From the NCBI GenBank assembly GCA_013166835.1, contig JABLTI010000027.1:1-38665 (forward strand): a stretch of 38,665 nucleotides of DNA, written 5' to 3'. Source of the DNA: Promethearchaeati archaeon (GTDB taxonomy: Archaea; Asgardarchaeota; Heimdallarchaeia; JABLTI01). This document shows positions 27,426-36,005 of the stretch, piece by piece (position 1 is the stretch's first letter; each line of letters starts with the position of its first letter). A program made the position numbers and the translations under genes. Under the pieces are notes generated by a model. It did not search any database, had not been told where the DNA came from, and saw nothing but the letters and a program-made list of their open reading frames with translations.

Positions 27426-28286
27426 ATGAGGAGAGAAAATTTAGAAGAGCTTTTTCCAAATGCTTCTTCGAGATAGACTATCTTGATAGAAATGCCTGAT
27501 CACGCTATTGTGACAATTTACAAACTACAACCTAAAGGCAAGAGCAAAAAAGAAACTATTCTTATTATACCAGGTTTTGTGGCATATTTAAAGCAATGGA
27601 GCAACATAATAGATGGGATAATAAGAAGAGGATATCTTGTCTATATTTTTGAGACTCGAGAGAAAAATTCCTCAACATCTAAAGCAAATGATCCTCGATT
27701 TAATTCTGAAGGATTAATCGCTGATTTAACTGATGTTTTAATAGAATTAAAAATACCAAAACCATTTGCAATGGCAGGGAACTCACTCGGTGCAACTATT
27801 ATTTTAAAACATATTATAAACCAGAAAGGAAAAGAGCTTCTACCTGATAAAATTGCACTCCTACAAGCAGTTTATGTCTCAACACCACTTGACAGATTCA
27901 TTAAACTAGCAAAAAAACCAATACAATTCAGATTAATAATAATCTTAATTCGGATGTTTGCTCCAATTTTGATGCGAAAACAAAGAAAAGAAAATCCTCA
28001 TTTCTACAAAAGATTTGTGAATAGGATTAGAGCTTCTAATATTGAGAAGCTCCGTGTGGGATTACTAAGCTCAGTTACCCTAAATATTCTTGACGATTTG
28101 CCAAGGGTTGAAGTACCTGCAGTTATTCTAGGAATAACTGACGATACCATTCATCCTATACAACAAGCGAAAACAATAACAGAGCGAGTAAAGAATGGGC
28201 AATTCATTGATATGATTGATGATGAAACATTACATTCCGATAAAACTGCAGAAGTAATAACCAATTTTCTAGAAAAAGGAAAGTAG
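27426..28286 (+). CDS. Alpha/beta hydrolase; longest plausible frame contains TAG at 27474-27476 (otherwise starts at 27483/27492)
   Basis: IPGF, GNSLG nucleophile, DDTIH, C-terminal His; upstream in-frame MRRENLEELFPNASSR*. Confidence 0.75.
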
Positions 28287-28293
28287 GTTATTA

Positions 28294-29724
28294 CTAAACT
28301 GTTTCTGTAATTTGTGGTTTTTCAGCGTTTTTATCATCAATGGTATTTGAAGGCCACCATAATATAGGTGTTGGTGCGATTACCTTTCCTTCTACATCTA
28401 AGAAGTCACCTATGAAATATTTCCGAACTTTTTCCTTTCGCATGAAAGGCACTTTGAGTATCATCGCAAAAAGCCAATCTACTGTATAGAGGAAATGACC
28501 TTTTTCCCACAACCAAAGTATACCGAACCACATTGCTATTTCTAAGAATATTAGAAAGAAGGTCCAACCTGTAGGTAAACCAAAGCTAACTCTAAAACCT
28601 GGATCGGTCCAGCCAAATAAATTGAAGATTCCTGACAAACTAACACGTAAAACAGCTTGTATAGAACCTAATGAGTAAACAGTTAATGAAAATACTCCTA
28701 CACGTCGACTGTGACGTGACCACATTAAACGTTTAAACCAATCTATTTTTGGATTAAATTCATGAAGATGTAACATTAGAGTGATAACAAATAGTATCAT
28801 ACCTGTTGATAAATAAACAAACCATGCAGGATGTACATGGAAATTAACAAGAGCTGTAAATTGATCGAAATTCTGTGGCATATCTCCTTCTAACCATAAG
28901 TGAAAAATTGAGAAGACCATAAAGAATGCAGAAAAACCATAGCCTACTCGGACAAATCTCTTGGGTTTAAGATGCTTTCTTGAAATAAAGATTCCAATAA
29001 TAGCTCCAACGGCACTATACGCATAGTGCGTAAATAATGGTGATTCCGTACTCACAGCTTGATTTGCGAAATAACTAACGATATAGTCCCACCAACCCTT
29101 ATCACCGACTACACTCAAATTACCTCCTGAATGAAAATCTACCCCCCAAAAAGTATTAGCAGCATTATAGATTACTGGAGCAAGATAAATGAATAGTAAT
29201 CCAAGTGTAGCGAAAATAGCTGTTCCTACAAATGGATTCTGTAATTTCTTATTTGAAGTTAAGATATAGAAAACAACTGCTGACACTATTATCGCAAAAG
29301 CGATGTTAGTAAATTGATCAGTATGATAAATTTGTTTCCAATCAATAGAGGAACTTCCGGTTTCAACCCATTGCTTCGATAATCTCCATTGAGCTAAGAA
29401 GACATAGAAGAACATGGCCCAAAGGTAGAGCATAAACCCCTTAAATAATTCCTGAACGAGAATCACATGTCTTGGAACGCCATTTCTAAATTTCCTATAC
29501 ATGATGTAAATATGAATAGCAGCGCTCATCATTAGAAACAAACCACGCCAGTGCCCAAAAACAATAATAATTGCCATCAGAATGACTCCCAAAGTGTTTA
29601 GGCTCCCAGGATCAGTTTCTGCAATTCCTTCCACTTGACTGACCAACATAAAAGTATGAACTAATAGATTGCCAATTATAGCCCAACCTCGTAAAATATC
29701 AAAGGATATGATTCGTTCGCTCAT
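28294..29724 (-). CDS. Multi-pass membrane acyltransferase-like protein (DUF1624-like), paralog of 9960-11426
   Basis: RIISFDILRGWAIIGNLLVH, SLTVY, TVDW. Confidence 0.75.
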   Translation of the reverse strand: MSERIISFDILRGWAIIGNLLVHTFMLVSQVEGIAETDPGSLNTLGVILMAIIIVFGHWRGLFLMMSAAIHIYIMYRKFRNGVPRHVILVQELFKGFMLYLWAMFFYVFLAQWRLSKQWVETGSSSIDWKQIYHTDQFTNIAFAIIVSAVVFYILTSNKKLQNPFVGTAIFATLGLLFIYLAPVIYNAANTFWGVDFHSGGNLSVVGDKGWWDYIVSYFANQAVSTESPLFTHYAYSAVGAIIGIFISRKHLKPKRFVRVGYGFSAFFMVFSIFHLWLEGDMPQNFDQFTALVNFHVHPAWFVYLSTGMILFVITLMLHLHEFNPKIDWFKRLMWSRHSRRVGVFSLTVYSLGSIQAVLRVSLSGIFNLFGWTDPGFRVSFGLPTGWTFFLIFLEIAMWFGILWLWEKGHFLYTVDWLFAMILKVPFMRKEKVRKYFIGDFLDVEGKVIAPTPILWWPSNTIDDKNAEKPQITETV

Positions 29725-29806
29725 AATGGCAAGTCTAAAGCATTAACATAAAAAAAACTATCTGTTAAAACATTGTTTTCGAATATTAAGGGGTGAAGAA
29801 GACATT

Positions 29807-30502
29807 TCAGATATCATCAAGATCAAGGATTAAGATTGCGAAGAAGTTAACAAGCAGTGCAATCTTCTGATATGTTGTTCCAAATATTTTCAAAGCATTA
29901 TTATCTAATAATTTACCAAGGGCATAAAAAACTATGAACAAAACTAATACTACAAAGACGACAACTGATACAACTGAATCCAAGTAGAAATCCTTGGTTC
30001 TTTCAAAAGAAGCTGGTTTGTATTTTCTAGTAAAACGAAGTCTTTGATGAACAAAATTCAGAAATCCAAAAGCTACCATGAATAGCGCTGCTCCTATACC
30101 ATGAAGAGGATGAATTCTTGGCTGATCTTTCGGAATTCCAACACCAATTGCTCCGATAAACATGATGAAATTCAAGAAGCTTTTCCAATAATTGAATTTT
30201 AATTTTGGTTTAGAAAGGTAAACTATTGCAATTACTAATGAAATTAGAGCGCAGATTCCAAATCCAATGGATACAATTAATGATGAGATGTCATTTGGAA
30301 GAGTTTCGTGTTCACTTACTCGAGCACCAAGATTACTGATAAATTCTTGAAAGAACTCGTACGGTTCGGGGTACCATATCCATGCATATGCAATAGTTAG
30401 CAACATAATTGAAGCGAAAAACCAATATAATATCCGAATTGCTTTTTTTGTTCTTATCTCTGGTTTCCGAATAACTTCATCAATTAATGCCATGAATTTC
30501 AC
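29807..30502 (-). CDS. DUF998/Frag1-DRAM-like membrane protein
   Basis: YPEPYEFFQEFISNLG, HGIGAALF, QK; about 6 TM. Confidence 0.7.
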   Translation of the reverse strand: MKFMALIDEVIRKPEIRTKKAIRILYWFFASIMLLTIAYAWIWYPEPYEFFQEFISNLGARVSEHETLPNDISSLIVSIGFGICALISLVIAIVYLSKPKLKFNYWKSFLNFIMFIGAIGVGIPKDQPRIHPLHGIGAALFMVAFGFLNFVHQRLRFTRKYKPASFERTKDFYLDSVVSVVVFVVLVLFIVFYALGKLLDNNALKIFGTTYQKIALLVNFFAILILDLDDI

Positions 30503-30590
30503 TTGACAATAGTAAACTTTGAGATATAAAAAATTTCACTCTGAATATCAAAATAATGAAAGAAAAAAGGAGCGAGAAATCTTGCTGTAA

Positions 30591-31286
30591 TCACATGTCG
30601 TCTACATCTAAGAAGTAAATTGCTGTGAAGTCAATTATTAACAAGAGTTTCTGACCTAGTTCTGCTAAATAGATAGGGACATTTCCGGATGCCACTCTCT
30701 CTAGAACATAAAACAATATGAAAATCAGAAAAGCTCCAAATACTAAACCAGTCATAACAACATCTGCATAGAAACCCCATGTTCTTTGCGGTCGTTTAGG
30801 ACGATGTTTTGTAACGAATCGATATATCTGTGCGTAGAAATTATAGAATGTAAATCCCAAAATGAAGATAAAAGCACCAGTACCATGAATAATATGTAGT
30901 GTTGCGTTTATTCCAGGAATGGCAATCCCTACTGCACCAATAGTTAGTAAGATACTGAAAGCACCTTTAGCAATATTGAAATCAAGAGTTGGAAAAATAA
31001 AGTAGATAATTGCGATAACTAAAGTATTTAGCCCAACAATAGAAAAACCAATAGTAAAAATAATCGAAGAAGTTGTGTTATCGTGACCCTCTTGGCTTAT
31101 TCGTGACCCTAATGCGCTAATGAATTCTTGAAAGAAATCATAACGTTCTGGATAATATATCCAACACAATGCAATAGTGATCGTTACGATAACTGGAGCT
31201 ATCCAAACAAGAATTCGAAGAAGCTTCTCTAGTCTAACTTTTTTTGCATCCATTAAAACTTGATAATCAGAAGTCATTGAAACCAC
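30591..31286 (-). CDS. DUF998/Frag1-DRAM-like membrane protein, tandem paralog
   Basis: YPERYDFFQEFISALG, HGTGAFIF, GQK; same length and C-terminal DxDD as its neighbour. Confidence 0.7.
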   Translation of the reverse strand: MVSMTSDYQVLMDAKKVRLEKLLRILVWIAPVIVTITIALCWIYYPERYDFFQEFISALGSRISQEGHDNTTSSIIFTIGFSIVGLNTLVIAIIYFIFPTLDFNIAKGAFSILLTIGAVGIAIPGINATLHIIHGTGAFIFILGFTFYNFYAQIYRFVTKHRPKRPQRTWGFYADVVMTGLVFGAFLIFILFYVLERVASGNVPIYLAELGQKLLLIIDFTAIYFLDVDDM

Positions 31287-31359
31287 TTAGAAAGAGATAT
31301 GCTTGCAGAATTATAAAAACATACCCTCATTTAGTCGGAAATGATTAGTCAGGCAAAAA

Positions 31360-31956
31360 TCATACAGACTGACCTAAGATTGTCAGTAACAAGAAAATAC
31401 CAACAAGAATTAACGAAGATAATAAAGTTCAAATACACCACTTAACATTCTTGTATTTTCGCAGATTTACAACTGAAATAGCATAAATTTGTTCTGAGAA
31501 TTCTTCTTCAATTGAAGAAAAGTCGTTAAGAATTGTTCTTAATCCCTTTAGATATTCTTCTTTGTCTTTGTACTCAAGAATATTAACATAATAGAAGACA
31601 TGTTTTGGATCTGGAATTCCTGTTTTCTGGAAAGGTAAAATTGTGAGAATACTGAATGTTATACTTGTTAAGCAGGATATTAGATAAGCAACTAAGAAAA
31701 CAATGGCAGCGATATTTACGTTGTTCTCTATACTGAATATACCTCCAAGTAGACCAACCATTGCAAGAACAACAGTAAGCATAATTCCATTGACAGTGAG
31801 AATAGCTGTTGCTTTGTTATCGGCTAAGCTGATCAATTGATAGTTACTATCAATTATCTGTTTCAATGTCTCAAATTTTTGTTCATTGGTTCTTTCTTGG
31901 ACATCTCTTTCACTGCTCACGAATCTAAAGGTTCTCTCTTTTTTAATTATTTTCAT
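31360..31956 (-). pseudogene. Pycsar effector-like (DUF5706/PycTM) membrane protein with an in-frame TGA at 31431-31429
   Basis: ISLADNKATAILTVNG, ILP, QIYAISVV..RKY; the frame continues TLLSSLILVGIFLLLTILGQSV* after the TGA. Confidence 0.7.
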
Positions 31957-32033
31957 GATAAACTTATGACCAGTTCATTTAAATTAATCAAATAAAGAAT
32001 ATATTTCTGCAAAAACATTGGCAAGGAATTCTC

Positions 32034-33344
32034 ATGAAAGAAGAATCTGATTTGTTCATAGACAAACAACAATTTCCCATGATAGGGGATTTGACCAAGA
32101 ATAAGGACAAATCATATACAAGTAAGAGAAAATTAACAATTGAAAATGACCGCTATTTGGATCATCATCGATTCAACAATGTTCCTTTTCTTCCAGGAGT
32201 TATGGGATTAGAATTCTTTGCGGAACTAGTTAAAATCTTACATCCAGAAAAAGAGATTAAGAAATTCGAAAATGTAGAGTTTAGGTCAGCTATTAGATTG
32301 AAGGATGATCAACCAAAGGAAATACAAACAGATATCACTTTCAAAGAAGATTCTGCTGAAGCAGTAATTACATCTCGAGTAATTAAAGATGGAAAACTAA
32401 TGGATGATATGAGACTCCATTTCAAATCAGATATTAAATTCGGTTTAAGAGATACTGAAACTGTAAAGCTCCCGCAAAAGAAGAAAATGCCTTTGCTTAA
32501 CAAACAATTCATTTACGAGATCTTACCACATGGACCGTTATTGCATGTTATAACAGAAATCAATCATATCGAAGAGAAAATGTTAGCTATCTCAAGTATA
32601 AAAAAGAAACAACTAATGAGTTGGAAGCATAAAGAATTCTTAATCAACCCACTATCAATCGAAGCTTGTTTTCAAGCCTTAGGACTAATGGATTTCATTG
32701 ATTGTGGGCGTGCAGGATTACCAAGTAAAATTGGTCAATTAATTTTTTACAAAACAAAAGGTGAACCACATTTCATAGTTGGTCAGAAAAAGGGCGATGT
32801 TGAAAAAGGAGGGTTATTTGATTTCTATTTGGTTACTTTGAAAGGGGAAATAGTGGTAAAAGCAATTGACTTTCAAACCATTGAAATAAATCTAGGAGAA
32901 ACAACAAACATTCTTGAGAGGATACGATCACATCAAATTAGGATGCTCTTTAAAATACCAAAACTTGCTTGGCTTGAAGTAGTTAGTAATAGACTTCTTA
33001 GAGATAAATTGTCTCGAGAACCTGAATTTCCAAGTGCTTTTCTTCATCCAGACGAATTAGATGAATTTGATAAATTAGAAGAAGATGAACAAAAGAGAGT
33101 AATTCCTGATTTATACGCTCAAAAAAGAGCGCTGAGAATTGTTCTTCGAGGAGCTCATATGTGTGACCTCAAAATTCACCTTGATGAGAAGGGTGAACCC
33201 ATATGTCATTACAAGAACAAAACTATCTATTTAACTACCAAAAGAATAGAAAACTATGCTCTTGCAATGGCGAGTTTTAAACGAAAAGTTGCAATAGAAC
33301 TTGAAAAGAATGAGGATTTGCTCAAAAAAATAATCAAGATGTAA
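32034..33344 (+). CDS. Polyketide-synthase dehydratase domain fused to a degenerate phosphopantetheinyl-transferase-like domain
   Basis: YLDHHRFNNVPFLPGVMGLE, LPHGP, EACFQ, LP; C-terminal FLHPDE...AQKRAL...IHLDEKGEP...VAIELE. Confidence 0.75.
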   Translation: MKEESDLFIDKQQFPMIGDLTKNKDKSYTSKRKLTIENDRYLDHHRFNNVPFLPGVMGLEFFAELVKILHPEKEIKKFENVEFRSAIRLKDDQPKEIQTDITFKEDSAEAVITSRVIKDGKLMDDMRLHFKSDIKFGLRDTETVKLPQKKKMPLLNKQFIYEILPHGPLLHVITEINHIEEKMLAISSIKKKQLMSWKHKEFLINPLSIEACFQALGLMDFIDCGRAGLPSKIGQLIFYKTKGEPHFIVGQKKGDVEKGGLFDFYLVTLKGEIVVKAIDFQTIEINLGETTNILERIRSHQIRMLFKIPKLAWLEVVSNRLLRDKLSREPEFPSAFLHPDELDEFDKLEEDEQKRVIPDLYAQKRALRIVLRGAHMCDLKIHLDEKGEPICHYKNKTIYLTTKRIENYALAMASFKRKVAIELEKNEDLLKKIIKM

Positions 33345-33352
33345 CTTTGGAA

Positions 33353-33736
33353 TTACTTCTTTTTTCTATATAGTACATAACAGGTTATCGCTGCTGCAAA
33401 GAGTACAAACCAAGGAACTAAGAATGCTGAACTGAGTTTTAGTGGTATGTAATAATTTGGTACTCCTTCTTGAAATTCCCAAATACCTCGAGCTAGAAGA
33501 GTTATACCAAGAAACAAGAAAGCAAATGATGGAATCATTAAGAAAGTAAATGCTGATAATAAATTTTTATGAGTAGTTTTAGATTTTATTCTGAAAATAT
33601 ACCAGATAATCAAATAGACTGAAATCACGATTAAAATGGACCCAATAATAAATGCAGTGTTCAAAGGAACACCTTCATAAAACGGATTTATATTATTAGT
33701 ATCAATTGATTCAAATAAAATGTGTTTCAAAAACAT
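33353..33736 (-). CDS. Hypothetical 3-TM membrane protein
   Basis: Three hydrophobic helices; basic tail. Confidence 0.7.
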   Translation of the reverse strand: MFLKHILFESIDTNNINPFYEGVPLNTAFIIGSILIVISVYLIIWYIFRIKSKTTHKNLLSAFTFLMIPSFAFLFLGITLLARGIWEFQEGVPNYYIPLKLSSAFLVPWFVLFAAAITCYVLYRKKK

Positions 33737-33839
33737 CCCTTCTTTTCATAGTATTTTATAAGAAATAGTTACTTATAATTTAGTTTAAGTATTTTCATTT
33801 AATCGAAAAGATAAAAACAACGTATTACTATGTGATTGT

Positions 33840-34160
33840 ATGCCATTCATAGATTTAGACCAAATAGAAGAGAAAGAAATAGTTCCAGGATGTAAAGCAA
33901 AGTTTGTTCATACAGACAACATGACTTTTGCTTACTGGAAAATAACTGCAGGAAGCTCAATACCTGATCATAAACATGTTCACGAACAAGTTGCGAATCT
34001 AATTGAAGGAACTTTCGAATTAACAGTAGATGGTGAAACTAGAACCTTAACACCAGAAACGCCAGTAGTGATTCCATCAAATGTACCTCATCAAGGAAAA
34101 GCAATTACTGATTGTTACATAATCGATGTATTCTATCCTGTTAGAGAAGATTATAAGTAA
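33840..34160 (+). CDS. Cupin_2 domain protein
   Basis: [26 protein letters not shown]. Confidence 0.93.
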   Translation: MPFIDLDQIEEKEIVPGCKAKFVHTDNMTFAYWKITAGSSIPDHKHVHEQVANLIEGTFELTVDGETRTLTPETPVVIPSNVPHQGKAITDCYIIDVFYPVREDYK

Positions 34161-34172
34161 AAAAAGAGGATA

Positions 34173-34201
34173 ATCTTCACGAGTAAAAAAAATGTGAAGA
34201 T
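34173..34201. terminator. Hairpin between convergent genes
   Basis: ATCTTCAC-N13-GTGAAGAT. Confidence 0.4.
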
Positions 34202-34213
34202 AGAAAGCATAAA

Positions 34214-35101
34214 TTAGAGATCCATTTCAAATTGACTAGCATTGCCAAGTAATTCAAATTTGATGGGCTTATATTTAGCTTCTTTAACATCAGTTTCTTC
34301 AGTGAAACCAGCTAGGACTCTTGTGAGGTTTTTCTTATCCTTCATTTTGCGTAATTTAATAAGTATTTTTTTCATATATTTCTCATTAGCAGCGTAAGTA
34401 ACCATGACTCGTCCATCTGAAGGTTGAATAGGATTTATCATTAATCCAGCATATGCTTTGATATCATCACCTTCTTGAATAACCCATTGCTTTCGGTCAG
34501 TAGTAGTATCTGTTTTAATACGCTCATAGAAAGCATTTATCCTTTCTTCGTCTTGTCCATATTCAGTAGAGAGAATTTTCACACATGCTTGTTGGTGCTT
34601 CTCGTAATCGAATTTTTCAATGTCATCTGTTGATTCACTAGGATCAATATCATCCAAATTAATATTGTAAAGGAAGAAAGTAGTTTGCTTGTGTTTGTAG
34701 CCCCATTTCTTAGCTATCTCTGCATCTTGCTGAGTAATAACCCCAAAATTAGAACGAACCTTCTTCGCTCCTTTTTTCTTCAATATTTCAATTGCTTTCT
34801 TGAATAGTAATTTCTCTGCTTCTTCATGTCCTGCTAAAACAGAGGGAGGGGTTAGAGCAGCAATTTTTACACCGTCTTCTTCCTCATCTAAAACTCTGGA
34901 AGTTAAAAATCCAACCATTTCTTTATCCTTGAAAGCATATAATCTTGTCTTCGGATCAAAGCCTTCTCGAGTATAGACTTCCTTTAATCTTTCCGCAGGT
35001 GTTTGGTGTGGAGATACAAAAGATTTAGCGACTTCTGCTCCAACCTTTGCCTGGTCAACTTCAAATCCCTCATGATAATGTTTAATCACATAATCTGACA
35101 T
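34214..35101 (-). CDS. Tandem GNAT-fold protein
   Basis: RLYAFKDKEMVGF, LLFKKAIEILKKKGA, WGY; second GNAT-like half. Confidence 0.65.
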   Translation of the reverse strand: MSDYVIKHYHEGFEVDQAKVGAEVAKSFVSPHQTPAERLKEVYTREGFDPKTRLYAFKDKEMVGFLTSRVLDEEEDGVKIAALTPPSVLAGHEEAEKLLFKKAIEILKKKGAKKVRSNFGVITQQDAEIAKKWGYKHKQTTFFLYNINLDDIDPSESTDDIEKFDYEKHQQACVKILSTEYGQDEERINAFYERIKTDTTTDRKQWVIQEGDDIKAYAGLMINPIQPSDGRVMVTYAANEKYMKKILIKLRKMKDKKNLTRVLAGFTEETDVKEAKYKPIKFELLGNASQFEMDL

Positions 35102-35171
35102 AAAACATCATTCCTCAATGATTTTTGAATTAAAACTCAAGTTGATTACTTACCTTTTTATGTTATAAATG

Positions 35172-35189
35172 TTCTCACCATATTGAGAA
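35172..35189. promoter_or_regulatory. Palindromic operator TTCTCA-N6-TGAGAA, copy 4
   Basis: TTCTCA ccatat TGAGAA; degenerate second site ending in TGAGAA at 35206-35211 (22 bp away); adjacent to a minus-strand TTTATAA. Confidence 0.7.
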
Positions 35190-35281
35190 AAATAAATCAT
35201 CTCTATGAGAAAAATCAGCAATTTTCACTATAATAAAACGAGCGAAAATTTATTTGTAAAGTCTTACTAAAATAAAGATAA

Positions 35282-35911
35282 GTGATGAGTATATTGGTTC
35301 TAAGGCTTGACGAAAATAATTGGGATTCTTATCTTCCAGAGGAAATATATGAACTATTTAAGTCATTAACTATTCCATGGTGGATTGCAGGAGGATGGGC
35401 TATTGATTTATTTCTTGGATCGAAAACACGCAATCATCTTGACATCGACATACAAATTCTAAGAAAAGATCAGTTAAAACTACAGGAATTTCTTGAAAGT
35501 TGGGATTTATACAAAACCAATCAACCTAGTTTAAAACCTTGGGAAAAAGATGAATTCCTACAACTAGGAGTTAATAGTATCTGGTGTAGAAAAACACCGG
35601 AAAATCCTTGGAAGATGCAAATTTTGTTTTTGGATACAGAGGGAGACAAATGGTTCTTCCGTCGTAAGACAAGTATTGGGGGATTTATATCGGATATAGG
35701 AATGAAAACCAAAACCGGAATTCCATATCTCGCACCTGAAATACAATTGTTATTTAAAGCTCGAAAAAAACCTGAACAAAAAGATAAACAAGATTTCCTT
35801 AACATTCTCCCTCTTCTAAAGAAGAAGAAACTGCTTTGGTTAAAAGAATCAATTCGCGTTCAGTTTGGAAGGAATCACAGTTGGATTGAAGAAATAAATA
35901 ATGTTCTTTAG
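35282..35911 (+). CDS. Nucleotidyltransferase (aminoglycoside-2''-adenylyltransferase/LinA-like fold)
   Basis: WWIAGGWAIDLFLG-KTRNHLDIDI, YLAPEIQLLFKA, KDKQDF. Confidence 0.85.
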   Translation: MMSILVLRLDENNWDSYLPEEIYELFKSLTIPWWIAGGWAIDLFLGSKTRNHLDIDIQILRKDQLKLQEFLESWDLYKTNQPSLKPWEKDEFLQLGVNSIWCRKTPENPWKMQILFLDTEGDKWFFRRKTSIGGFISDIGMKTKTGIPYLAPEIQLLFKARKKPEQKDKQDFLNILPLLKKKKLLWLKESIRVQFGRNHSWIEEINNVL

Positions 35912-36005
35912 TAAACGTACTTTTATCCAATATTTTTAAGTACTTAGAAATGCTACATATTATAATTTATAATAGGGTTTAAAACGATTTCTTTGGTGAG
36001 GGTCT

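Noticed and set aside
11533-35911. Antibiotic-resistance island (APH-like, nucleotidyltransferase, GNATs, MFS)
   Set aside because: Genes are dispersed, folds are generic, no mobile-element marks are present, and substrates cannot be inferred from sequence.
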